Source: Hyalangium minutum
GTDB lineage: Bacteria > Myxococcota > Myxococcia > Myxococcales > Myxococcaceae
NCBI RefSeq assembly: GCF_000737315.1
Contig: NZ_JMCB01000001.1
Span: 248,001-312,000 of the forward strand
Direction of reading: 5' to 3'
Length of the DNA stretch: 64,000 nucleotides
Positions within the stretch are counted from its first letter, which is position 1. The number at the start of each line of letters is the position of its first letter. Position numbers and translations under genes: made by a program. Of this stretch, positions 1-8,957 are shown piece after piece. Below the pieces are notes generated by a model. It had not been told where the DNA came from. It did no database searches and saw only the letters and a program-made list of their open reading frames with translations.

Positions 1-2430
1 ATGGACCTGCTGGACGCCATCGGTCAGCCCTGTGGCAGGGGTGAAACTCCAAGCTCCTCTGACATTGGCTGTGGCTGTGCCTGCCTCCGTGCCATCCAGG
101 AATACCGTCACCGTGCTGTCGGCCTCCGCCGTCCCTCCAAGAATGGGCGTCGGCGTGTTGACGAATGCCGGAGGCGCGCTCATCAAGGGAGCACCTGGCG
201 GCCTGGTGTCCACCGTGAACCTGTTGGTGTTGGAGCCGAAGCTGGTGTTGCCCGCCGCATCCCGTGCCGTGGCGCTCACCGGGTGTGCGCCATCAGCCAA
301 CGGCGTGGTCGGCGTGAAGTTCCAGTTGCCGCTGGCATTGGCCGTGGTGGTGCCCACCGGCGTGCCGTCCACGATGACCGTCACCGTGCTGCCTGGCTCG
401 GCGGTGCCCGTGTAGTCCGGGGTGTTGTCGTTGGTGCGCGAGCCATTGGCCGGTGTCACCACCACCGGAGCCGCCGGAGGCGTGGCGTCCACGATGAACG
501 TGTTGGTGTTGGAGCCGGGGCTGGTGTTGCCCGCCGCATCCCGTGCCGTGGCGCTCACCGGGTGTGCGCCATCGGCCAGCGATATGGTCGGCGTGAAGTT
601 CCAGTTGCCGCTGGCATTGGCCGTGGTGGTGCCCACCAGCGTGCCGTCCACGATGACCGTCACCGTGCTGCCCGGCTCGGCAGCGGTGCCCGTGTAGTCC
701 GGGGTGTTGTCGTTGGTGAGCGAGCCGTTGGCCGGCGTCACCACCACCGGAGCCGCCGGAGGCGTGGTGTCCACGATGAACATGTTGGTGTTGCTCGACA
801 CGCTCTGCACACCCTCGGTCGTGTTGACAGCCACGGCGCTCACCGTGTGCGAGTCGGGCGCCAGGGGCGTCGTGGGGGTGAAGCTCCAGTTGCCAGCGGC
901 ATCCGGCGTCGCCGAGCCCACTGTCACCCCGTCCACGATGACGGACACCGTGGTCCCCGTGGGGAACGGCTGGGCGAGCGTGCCCATGTAGGTGAGCGTC
1001 GTGTTGTTGGTCGAGGAGCCGTTGGCCGGCGTGACTACCACCGGCGCGGGCAGCACGGGGAAGCCACCGGTCAGCGTGGCCGTGGCGCCTGCGGTTCCGG
1101 GCTGCGCGCCGTAAAAGGCGCCCAGCGGAGACGAGGAGTTCGCCTGCACGCCGGCGTTCCCGGTGTTGACGGCAAAGGTCGGCAGGGCGCAGGTGCCACT
1201 CCCCTTCTGGAAGATGATACGGCCACCGCCGCCCGCGCCACCCGGACCGACGTCGAAGCCCGAGTTGGAGCTGCCGCCGTTGCCTCCAATGGCCGTGATG
1301 TTTCCGCATGTCGCAGCTGCGGCGACGCGCAGGTAGATGGTGCCGCCGCCGCCACCGCCGCTCGAACCATCCTGACCGCTGGCGTTGCCGCCCGGATCGC
1401 CGTTGGCCGACATCGACCCGGCACCCGAGATCGCTCCGACGCGGGCGAAGATGATGCCACCGCCCCGGCCACCGGCTGCGGTGCCACCCGAGGAGTGACC
1501 CGCACCGCCGCCCCCGCCCATGAGCAGGTGGTTGAACTTGCTGGAGGACGTATAGGTCAGCCCCAAGCCTCCAGTTCCTCCCACGGCCCGGCTGCCATCA
1601 TTGCTGTTACCGCCCAGGCCGCCGCCACCGACGTGAGCGCCACCACCGCCGCCCGAGCTGTCACACACGCCACCGCCACCACCGGTGGTCACATGCCCGC
1701 GCCCCGTAACCGAGGAGCCGTACCGGGTGAAGGCGATGCCCTCACCCTTCTGCGCTCCCTTCGGAGGAGCCTCATCCAGCCCCGTGCAGCCCACGTCGCC
1801 GCTGGCGTCCTCCACCGGCTGCCCACTGCGGAAGCCACGGCCCGCGGCGTTGAGAGCGGGAATGCCCCCGCTGGTCATCAAGGTCCCCGAGACCAGGAAG
1901 GCCAGCACGCCGCCGGTGCTACCATCCCACATAGAGGGGGCAAGGCTGCGGGCAGCCGGGATGGTGAGGTTGAGGTACTCGGGCACCCGGACGACCTGGG
2001 TGACGTTGGCCGCGTAGCTGTAGAGCAGCGGTGCCGTCAGGTTCACCGTGGAGCCCGCCACGGTGGTCACCCGCACGAACTCCCAGCGGCCCACAGGCTG
2101 GTTGGTGTCGATGGTGATGGCGGTCGTATCTCCTCTGGGAGGCTCCGGGACGATGCCCGTCATCTGGATCACCACCAGCAGATCGCCCGCCGCGATCGGA
2201 TCAGCAGCCCCAGTGGAGGCCCCGATCTGGATGGCGGTGTCGCCCGGCGCCAGAGGCGCCGTCACCCGGGCGTAGGTGTTGATGATCTGGTTGGCAGTGC
2301 TGATCGTGGGTGGGGTGTCATCGCCACGGCCCAGGCCCACGTTGTCCGGGCCGGCCAGCGCGGGCAGCGCGCACAGGGTGAGCGCCAGCAGCGCGGTGTG
2401 GAGGATGTATTTCCAAGACATGCCCTTCAT
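1..2430 (-). CDS. Large secreted AgmC-like protein: Gly-rich N-terminal region followed by tandem bacterial Ig-like (Big_13/Big_3-type) repeats; 3' end lies outside the window
   Basis: My translation from ATG 2430 (MKGMSWKYILHTALLALTLCALPALAGPDNVGLG...INTYARVT...GDLLVVIQMTG...GRWEFVRV...QVVRVPEY...WDGSTGGVLAF...GGGGG) is open to base 1. It has a signal peptide and repeated PAAPVVVTPANGS.TNDNTPDYTGTAEPGSTVTVIVDG...GNW.FTP...DAAGN units. The ORF track misses it because no stop lies in the window. Confidence 0.9.
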   Translation of the reverse strand, partial: MKGMSWKYILHTALLALTLCALPALAGPDNVGLGRGDDTPPTISTANQIINTYARVTAPLAPGDTAIQIGASTGAADPIAAGDLLVVIQMTGIVPEPPRGDTTAITIDTNQPVGRWEFVRVTTVAGSTVNLTAPLLYSYAANVTQVVRVPEYLNLTIPAARSLAPSMWDGSTGGVLAFLVSGTLMTSGGIPALNAAGRGFRSGQPVEDASGDVGCTGLDEAPPKGAQKGEGIAFTRYGSSVTGRGHVTTGGGGGVCDSSGGGGGAHVGGGGLGGNSNDGSRAVGGTGGLGLTYTSSSKFNHLLMGGGGGAGHSSGGTAAGGRGGGIIFARVGAISGAGSMSANGDPGGNASGQDGSSGGGGGGTIYLRVAAAATCGNITAIGGNGGSSNSGFDVGPGGAGGGGRIIFQKGSGTCALPTFAVNTGNAGVQANSSSPLGAFYGAQPGTAGATATLTGGFPVLPAPVVVTPANGSSTNNTTLTYMGTLAQPFPTGTTVSVIVDGVTVGSATPDAAGNWSFTPTTPLAPDSHTVSAVAVNTTEGVQSVSSNTNMFIVDTTPPAAPVVVTPANGSLTNDNTPDYTGTAAEPGSTVTVIVDGTLVGTTTANASGNWNFTPTISLADGAHPVSATARDAAGNTSPGSNTNTFIVDATPPAAPVVVTPANGSRTNDNTPDYTGTAEPGSTVTVIVDGTPVGTTTANASGNWNFTPTTPLADGAHPVSATARDAAGNTSFGSNTNRFTVDTRPPGAPLMSAPPAFVNTPTPILGGTAEADSTVTVFLDGTEAGTATANVRGAWSFTPATGLTDGVQQVH
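165..1050 (-). repeat. Tandem ~282-294 bp coding repeats (Ig-like domains)
   Basis: Near-identical blocks, e.g. GTAGTCCGGGGTGTTGTCGTTGGTG at 412 and 694 (period 282); TTGGCCGG.GT.AC.ACCACCGG at about 446, 728 and 1022. Confidence 0.9.
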
Positions 2431-3275
2431 GTATCGCTTCCCTCACACCCGCCAGAGATTCACGGAACGGCGGGTGTGCAGACAAGCAATGCAAGAGTCG
2501 GACCTGAACATGCTGGTGCGCGTTCGGGCGAGCTGGGCACTCGCCGAACACGTGAACGGAAGCTGGACGTCGGCTGTCGCGGCCTGTCGTCAATTGACGC
2601 GCAAGCGCTCGCGGCTGACGCGTCAATTGCGGCGGCGCCGCAATCACCTGAGCAGCACCAGACTCCCGGCCCAGAAAGCCCAGAGCGTGTGGCGCCAAGC
2701 CAGCAGCAGGGATTGTCAAAAACACCAGCAACCCGCCTTGCCTTGAGCAGACGTTGGGCAAAACTTCGGTGTGCCCCACGCCGACTGCGCGGTTCGGAGG
2801 CCCCCTTCAGCCGCTCTCCGCTGCCACTCTATGCCCCTCCCTCACATGCAACAGTGCCCCCCTTCCTCAGACCGAGAGCGCTTGAAAGCGGCGGAGTGCC
2901 CTGCTTGGGAGCGTCGGCAATCGAACCCGCCGCTCGGAGCTTCTGACGAGTCGCCAGCGACGACAGTGGCGAGCGCGGGCTCTTCGTTTCTCGCTGCTCT
3001 CGATCTGTTCGGTTTCGTGTTGGGGGAACACCGGTCGGTTGCAAGGAGCGTCGCGTAGACGAAGACGCGCGCGGACGCGCCACGCTGGCTCCTGGGCGTT
3101 CATGGCTGCCCCCCGCTGCCATCGACAGGCCAGCAGAAGCCCATGCGCGCGCAAGACGATCTCGAATGTTATTTGGACTCCGCGTTATGGATCGTCCAGT
3201 TGTGCGGCGATACAAGAGGAGGGCGAACCAACACGCCGGGCTCAACGCCAGACGACTTCACCCAGGAGAGATGCC

Positions 3276-3596
3276 ATGTCCCAACTGAGGATCCATGCGA
3301 CCCACGGCTTCCACGCCACGATGACGGCCCGTCCAGGGAAGGCCGATGAGCTGATTGACCTCTTGCTCAGCGGAGCGCCGACGGGCAACGCGAACTGCCT
3401 CCTCTACCTCGTCGGGCGCTCGGCCAGCGATCCCAACGCCGTTCACGTCACCGAAGGCTGGACCACCCAAGAGGCCCACGCCGAGAACTTCGCGCGCGCG
3501 CAGTCGCAGTCGCTGGTCGCCAAGATCGCGCCGCTCGTGACTGGCGGCGCCCACTATCAGGACGTCATCACGATGGGAGGCACGCTCCGCAGATGA
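3276..3596 (+). CDS. Antibiotic biosynthesis monooxygenase (ABM) domain protein
   Basis: MSQLRIHATHGFHATMTARPGKADELIDLL...CLLYLVGRSASDPNAVHVTEGWTTQEAH; GGAG upstream of ATG 3276. Confidence 0.85.
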   Translation: MSQLRIHATHGFHATMTARPGKADELIDLLLSGAPTGNANCLLYLVGRSASDPNAVHVTEGWTTQEAHAENFARAQSQSLVAKIAPLVTGGAHYQDVITMGGTLRR

Positions 3597-3712
3597 CCAG
3601 GGGGCGGCGACGCTCCACGAGCGACGACGTCTCCGCGAGGAGCACGGTCGTCAAATCATCCATCGCGCGCTGCAACAGCTACGGCGCCCAGCTCTGAACT
3701 CTGAAACGGAGA

Positions 3713-4462
3713 ATGTCTATGAAGAATGTCCTCATTACGGGTTGCTCTTCCGGGTACGGCCTCGAAACGGCGCGCTACTTCCACGAACGAGGCTGGCGCG
3801 TCGTTGCCACCATGCGAAAGCCGCGTGAAGACGTGCTGCCGCGCTCGGAGCGCCTTCGAATCGTTGCTCTCGACGTGACAAACGCCGCGAGCATCCAGGC
3901 GGCGATCGAAGCGAGCGGACCGATCGACGTCCTCGTCAACAACGCGGGCATCGGCGCCATCGGCGCGTTCGAGGCGATGCCGATGTCGATCGTGCGCGAG
4001 ATGTTCGAGACCAACACCCTCGGGGTCATTGCGATGACACAGGCCGTGGTGCCTCAGTTTCGACAGCGGCAATCGGGTGTGGTGGTGAACGTCACGTCGA
4101 GCGTGACGCTTGCGCCGATGCCGCTGGCCGCCGTCTACACCGCGACCAAGATGGCCATCGAAGGCTTCACCGCGTCGCTCGCACTGGAGCTCGAGTCCTT
4201 CAATGTCCGCGCCAAGCTCGTCGAGCCTGGCTACTGCCCGACGACCGCTTTCACTCGGAACTCTGGGCCACGAATGGAAGGGAACATTCCGGACGCGTAC
4301 GCGGCCTTCGCTCAGCGGGTTCTCGGTGACTTCACCCAGCAGCCGGTCGTGACGAAGGAGTCCGATGTCGCCGAGGTCGTCTATCGCGCTGCGAACGACG
4401 CCTCCGCACAGCTCCGCTTTCCCGCCGGGTCCGACGCGGTGGCTCTGGCTCAGGCGAAGTGA
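3713..4462 (+). CDS. SDR family oxidoreductase
   Basis: TGCSSGYG, LVNNAG, NVTS and YTATK motifs. Confidence 0.95.
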   Translation: MSMKNVLITGCSSGYGLETARYFHERGWRVVATMRKPREDVLPRSERLRIVALDVTNAASIQAAIEASGPIDVLVNNAGIGAIGAFEAMPMSIVREMFETNTLGVIAMTQAVVPQFRQRQSGVVVNVTSSVTLAPMPLAAVYTATKMAIEGFTASLALELESFNVRAKLVEPGYCPTTAFTRNSGPRMEGNIPDAYAAFAQRVLGDFTQQPVVTKESDVAEVVYRAANDASAQLRFPAGSDAVALAQAK

Positions 4463-4474
4463 CGGAGTGCATCC

Positions 4475-5413
4475 ATGAACACCCTCCATCTCGTTGATCC
4501 CGCCGTCCGCGACTTCGTCGCCTCCGCAGGCCTCTTCGATCCCGAGCGCGACCCGCTCGAGCTCTTCCGCAAGCAGTTGCTTGCGTCGTACGCGCAGATG
4601 GCACCAGCGATGCCGGATGCACGAGAAGAGCGCTGGGTCCCCGGACTGCGTGAGGTTCGCGTGCTGATGTACCGTCCGAATGCCGGGCCCCCGCCGTCAC
4701 GAGCCATCGTCTACGTGCATGGCGGCGGCTTCATCGCGGGCGCCGCAGAAATGACAGACGCCATGTGCGTCCAACTCGCGAACGAGCACCGCGCGCTCAT
4801 CGTGAGCGTGGACTATCGCCTCGCGCCGGAGAGTCCGTTCCCCGGTCCCGTCGAGGAGTGCTACGCCGCCCTCTCATGGGTCCTGAAGGAGTCTCCCTCT
4901 CTTGGGATCAATCCCGCACGGGTCATCCTGCTGGGACACAGTGCGGGCGGAGGTCTCGCGGCGGCGACGGCGCTCCTGCATCGAGATCGTGGAGGCGCGC
5001 TTCTCGCTGGGCAGGTGCTCGTCTACCCCATGCTCGACGCGCGGACGGGAACGCCGGAGGCGCCCGTCGACAATCCGACCACTGGCGAGTTCGGATGGAC
5101 GCGAGCGATCAACCGCTTCGCTTGGCAGGCAATGCGAGGCGGCGCATCCATCCCGAGCGAGCGCCAAGGTCACTACTCGCCGTCTCTCGCGAGCGACCTC
5201 ACCCACCTGCCTCCGACGTTCCTGGCCGTCGGGTCCGTCGACCTCTTCTTCGAAGAGGATATTGCATACGGGATGCGCCTCTCGCGTGCAGGCGTGCCGG
5301 TCGAGCTCCACGTGTACCAGGGCGGTATCCACGGCTTCGACTTCTTCCCCGGGAGCACGACGGACCGCTTCTCCGCGGAGCTGCGCGCGGCGATTGCGCG
5401 CCTGCTCGGGTGA
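4475..5413 (+). CDS. Alpha/beta hydrolase (HSL-type esterase/lipase)
   Basis: HGGGF oxyanion motif, DYRLAPE, GHSAGG nucleophile, HGFD catalytic His. Confidence 0.95.
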   Translation: MNTLHLVDPAVRDFVASAGLFDPERDPLELFRKQLLASYAQMAPAMPDAREERWVPGLREVRVLMYRPNAGPPPSRAIVYVHGGGFIAGAAEMTDAMCVQLANEHRALIVSVDYRLAPESPFPGPVEECYAALSWVLKESPSLGINPARVILLGHSAGGGLAAATALLHRDRGGALLAGQVLVYPMLDARTGTPEAPVDNPTTGEFGWTRAINRFAWQAMRGGASIPSERQGHYSPSLASDLTHLPPTFLAVGSVDLFFEEDIAYGMRLSRAGVPVELHVYQGGIHGFDFFPGSTTDRFSAELRAAIARLLG

Positions 5414-5453
5414 TTCCGAAACACGGGAGACGCGCTATGATATCGGGCCTATC

Positions 5454-6479
5454 ATGCATTCGCGAGCGTCTGAGTCCCCCCTCCCGGAGCCCGCCCACGA
5501 CACGTCCGACCCTCTCGCTGCCGTCATTTCGCTCCTCCGCCCTCAGACGGTGCTCTCGAAGGTCATCAGCGGCGCCGGACGATGGAGCGTGCGATACGAT
5601 GCGCATGAGGATCCCGGGTTTTGCCTCATGCTGGAGGGCTCCTGCTTCCTCGACCTCGACGGCATCGGCTCGATCAAGCTCGAAGAGGGTGACTTCATCC
5701 TCCTGCCCGCCACTCCCGGCTTCACCATGGCGAGTGATCTCGGGATCAAACCCAAGCTCATCAAGCCGACGCATACGAACGAGCTCCGACACGGAACGCA
5801 GTCTGGCCCCCCGACGATGCGACAGCTCGGCGGGTACTTCCGCTTTGATCGCACGAACGCCCAGCTCGTCGTCAGCTTCCTACCGTCAATGATTCATATT
5901 CGGCGAGATGAGCCGGGAGCCACGCGGCTGCGCAGGGTCGTCGAGCTTATCAGCGAGGAGACGGCGGCACGTCGTCCGGGGCGTGATTTGATCCTTGGGC
6001 GACTCGTCGAGGTGCTCCTTGTCGAGGCCCTGCGCTTTCGACCCGCAGAAGCCGCGGGTCAGGAGAAAGGGCTGCTCGCAGGCCTCACCGATTCCGCGCT
6101 TGCCCGCGCTCTTCGGCGGATGCACGACGACGTTGCGCACCGATGGACGGTCGCCGACTTGGCGCGGACGGCAGGCATGTCTCGCGCGTCCTTTGCAGAA
6201 CGGTTCATGCGAACGGTGGGGGTGCCTCCCATGGAGTACCTTCTCGAATGGCGCATCGCGATCGCGAAAGACCTCCTTCGGCGAGAGCGCGTCTCACTCT
6301 CGGAGGTGGCTGAGATGATCGGGTACCAGTCCGCGAGCGCGTTCAGTACGGCGTTTTCGCGCCATGCCGGCTGCTCGCCAAGCGAGTTTGCTCGCTCGAT
6401 GCGCATAGGCTCACAGCCACATTCGAGGGGCCACCCCGAGCGGAGAGGGGTTTATCGTCCGTTTAAAAACGGGGCGTAG
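5454..6479 (+). CDS. AraC family transcriptional regulator (cupin + HTH)
   Basis: DPLAAVISLLRP N-terminus; WTVADLARTAGMSRASFAERF...VAEMIGYQSASAFSTAFSR. Start inferred at ATG 5454. Confidence 0.92.
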   Translation: MHSRASESPLPEPAHDTSDPLAAVISLLRPQTVLSKVISGAGRWSVRYDAHEDPGFCLMLEGSCFLDLDGIGSIKLEEGDFILLPATPGFTMASDLGIKPKLIKPTHTNELRHGTQSGPPTMRQLGGYFRFDRTNAQLVVSFLPSMIHIRRDEPGATRLRRVVELISEETAARRPGRDLILGRLVEVLLVEALRFRPAEAAGQEKGLLAGLTDSALARALRRMHDDVAHRWTVADLARTAGMSRASFAERFMRTVGVPPMEYLLEWRIAIAKDLLRRERVSLSEVAEMIGYQSASAFSTAFSRHAGCSPSEFARSMRIGSQPHSRGHPERRGVYRPFKNGA

Positions 6480-6482
6480 GTT
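6450..6482 (+). promoter_or_regulatory. Candidate OmpR-family tandem box (GTTTA-N6-GTTTA) and -10-like TAGGTT ahead of the ABC exporter
   Basis: GTTTA at 6450 and 6461 (11-bp period) in an AT-rich patch; TAGGTT at 6477-6482; ATG at 6489. Confidence 0.4.
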
Positions 6483-6488
6483 GCCAGC

Positions 6489-8264
6489 ATGGAACCACGA
6501 ACCTTCAAGACCGCGAGCCTCAAGAGCTTTCTAAACCTGGTCCTGGCCACACGGCCATCGCTGCCGCTGCTCCTCACAGCCCTGGGGCTGAGCCTGGGCT
6601 CGACGGCGGTGAGCCTGGTCGTCCCCCTCTTCACCAAGAGTATGGTGGACGGCTTCTCACTGTCGTCCCTCAACTTCACCCAGTTGGCGCTGATCGGCGC
6701 TGCCTTCGCACTGCAGGCCGGCGCGGGCAGCCTCTCGCTCTACCTGCTGACACTCATCGGCCAGCGGATCGTCGTCGGCATCCGAGACAGGCTCTGGAAA
6801 AAGCAACTGGCACTGCCCGTCCGCTACTTCGACTCGCACGGAAGCGGGGACCTCATCTCCCGCATGGTCAACGACACCGCCGCAGTGAAGGCCCTCATCA
6901 CCGAGAACCTCTCCGGATTTGTCTCGGGGATCATCGCCTTCGTCGGAGCCAGCTGCCTGCTCCTCTTCCTGAACTGGAAGATGACCCTGGTGATGCTCGT
7001 GGCCCTTCCCATCGGCATCAGCGCGCTCGTGCCGCTGGGCCGCACCATGCGCCGGGTGGCCATGGGCACCATGAACGAGAACGCAAAGTTCACGGCCATC
7101 CTGGCCCAGGTCCTCTCCGAGATCCGCCTGGTGAAGGCCTCCAACGCCGAGCCCCGGGAGTACCGCAAGGGACACGCGACCGTGGAGCGGCTCTACGAGC
7201 TCGGCCTCAAGGATGGGCGCATCCAGGCGCTGGTTGGACCGCTGATGTCCCTCGTGCTCATGGCTCTGCTCGTGCTCGTCGTCGGCTACGGCGGCTTCCT
7301 GGTCTCCTCGGGACAGCTCACTGCGGGCGCACTGGTCGCCTTCATCCTCTATCTGATCCAGGCCATCATCCCCATCGCGCAGATCACCGGCTTCATCACC
7401 CAGCTCCAGAAGGCTCGAGGGGCCACGCAGAGCATCATCGAGCTGTTGGAGCTCCCCGAGGAGAAGCCAGAGGAGGGCCTCCCTCTCGACTCGGCTCGCC
7501 AGCCGATCCGCTTCGAGCAGGTGAGCTTCAGCTACGTGCCCGGCGAGCCGGTGTGCCGGGACATGAGCTTCACCCTGGAGCCGGACACCGTGACGGCCAT
7601 CGTCGGCCCCAGCGGCGGCGGGAAGACCACCCTCTTCAACCTCTTGGAGCGCTTCTATGAGCCCGACTCCGGGAGCATCCGCATCGGCTCCGGGTCCCTC
7701 GATGCATTCTCCCTGGCCTCGTGGCGGAGCCGCCTGGGGTACGTGCCCCAGGACTGTCCCATCATGGCCGGGACGATCCGCGAGAACATCATCTACGGCC
7801 TGGACCGGGAACCCAGCGAAGAAGAGGTGATCGAGGCCGCTCGCATGGCCTACGCCGACGGGTTCATCCGCGAACTCCCCCGCGGCTACGACACCGAGGT
7901 GGGCGAGCGAGGCGTCAAGCTCTCCGGCGGGCAGCGGCAGCGAATCGCCATCGCTCGGGCGCTCCTGCGCGACCCCGACGTCCTCATGCTGGATGAGGCC
8001 ACCTCGAGCCTCGACAGCGCCTCGGAGCACTCCGTGAGGCTGGCCCTGCAGAATCTGATGCGAGGCCGGACGACGCTGGTGATCGCGCACCGCCTCTCGA
8101 CGGTGGTGGACGCGGATCGCATCCTCTTCATCGAGAAAGGACGGCTGACGGGGAGCGGCACCCACTCCGAGCTCTTGGCGAGCCATGAGCTGTACCGGAC
8201 CTTCGCTGAGAGGCAGTTGAGCCTGACCGACCGGGCCGAGGCGCTCGCATCCCCAGCGGCGTAA
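6489..8264 (+). CDS. bmrA: Multidrug ABC exporter, fused TMD-NBD, BmrA/YvcC-like
   Basis: GPSGGGKT, LSGGQRQR, LDEATSSLD, IAHRLST. The TMD (SLVVPLFTKSMVDGFS...EIRLVKASNAE...LTAGALVAFILYL) matches my recollection of B. subtilis BmrA along its length. Confidence 0.9.
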   Translation: MEPRTFKTASLKSFLNLVLATRPSLPLLLTALGLSLGSTAVSLVVPLFTKSMVDGFSLSSLNFTQLALIGAAFALQAGAGSLSLYLLTLIGQRIVVGIRDRLWKKQLALPVRYFDSHGSGDLISRMVNDTAAVKALITENLSGFVSGIIAFVGASCLLLFLNWKMTLVMLVALPIGISALVPLGRTMRRVAMGTMNENAKFTAILAQVLSEIRLVKASNAEPREYRKGHATVERLYELGLKDGRIQALVGPLMSLVLMALLVLVVGYGGFLVSSGQLTAGALVAFILYLIQAIIPIAQITGFITQLQKARGATQSIIELLELPEEKPEEGLPLDSARQPIRFEQVSFSYVPGEPVCRDMSFTLEPDTVTAIVGPSGGGKTTLFNLLERFYEPDSGSIRIGSGSLDAFSLASWRSRLGYVPQDCPIMAGTIRENIIYGLDREPSEEEVIEAARMAYADGFIRELPRGYDTEVGERGVKLSGGQRQRIAIARALLRDPDVLMLDEATSSLDSASEHSVRLALQNLMRGRTTLVIAHRLSTVVDADRILFIEKGRLTGSGTHSELLASHELYRTFAERQLSLTDRAEALASPAA

Positions 8265-8282
8265 GCTGGGCCTGGAGAACCC

Positions 8283-8957
8283 ATGGCCAAGATCATGATC
8301 GTCGATGACGATCCCCACATTCGCGAGCTGGTGCGGCACTTCCTGAGCACCGTGGGCTTCGATGTGGTCGAGGCCCCGGACGGCCGCGAGGCCCTGCGCC
8401 TGCTGGAGTCCGTCCGAGCCGATCTGATCGTCCTCGACGTGATGATGCCGCACCTGGACGGCTGGGATTTCTGCCGCGAGTTCAAGCGCCGCAGGGACCT
8501 CCCCATCCTCATGCTCACAGCCAAGGGAGAGACCTCGCAGAAGCTCAAGGGCTTCGAGCTCGGAGCCGATGACTACCTGGTGAAACCCTTCGAGCCGGCG
8601 GAGCTCGCCGCCCGAGTCAAGGCGCTGCTCAAGCGCTACCGCATCGAGGCCTCGCAGACCGTCCAGATCGGAAGGCTGTTGCTGAGCCGCAAGAGCTATC
8701 AAGTTCAGGCCGGGGACGAGAGCCTGACCATTCCGCCAAAGGAGTTCGAGCTGCTCTTCAAGCTGGGCGGCTCGCCGGGCAAGACCTTCAGCCGGGAGCA
8801 GCTGATCCAGGCCATCTGGGGGCCTGACTTCGAGGGGACGGACCGCACCGTGGACGTCCACATCAACCGGCTCCGCGAACGCTTCCCTGAGGAGCGCTTC
8901 GGCTACCGCATCACCGCCATCCGGGGGCTGGGCTATCGGCTGGAGCCCACCCCATGA
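8283..8957 (+). CDS. OmpR-family response regulator (HssR-like)
   Basis: IMIVDDD, VLDVMMP, GADDYLVKPF, winged HTH (RTVDVHINRLRE...IRGLGY). Confidence 0.95.
   Translation: MAKIMIVDDDPHIRELVRHFLSTVGFDVVEAPDGREALRLLESVRADLIVLDVMMPHLDGWDFCREFKRRRDLPILMLTAKGETSQKLKGFELGADDYLVKPFEPAELAARVKALLKRYRIEASQTVQIGRLLLSRKSYQVQAGDESLTIPPKEFELLFKLGGSPGKTFSREQLIQAIWGPDFEGTDRTVDVHINRLRERFPEERFGYRITAIRGLGYRLEPTP

Noticed and set aside
1-2946. 981-aa plus-strand ORF
   Set aside because: Arg/Gly-rich antisense shadow of the minus-strand Ig-repeat gene.
2860-3110. Possible AraC remnant on the minus strand (…HSAAFKR…)
   Set aside because: Only a few residues resemble an AraC C-terminus and no coherent frame exists; too weak to call.
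6657-8861. 734-aa minus-strand ORF
   Set aside because: Shadow of the ABC exporter and response regulator; no motifs of its own.
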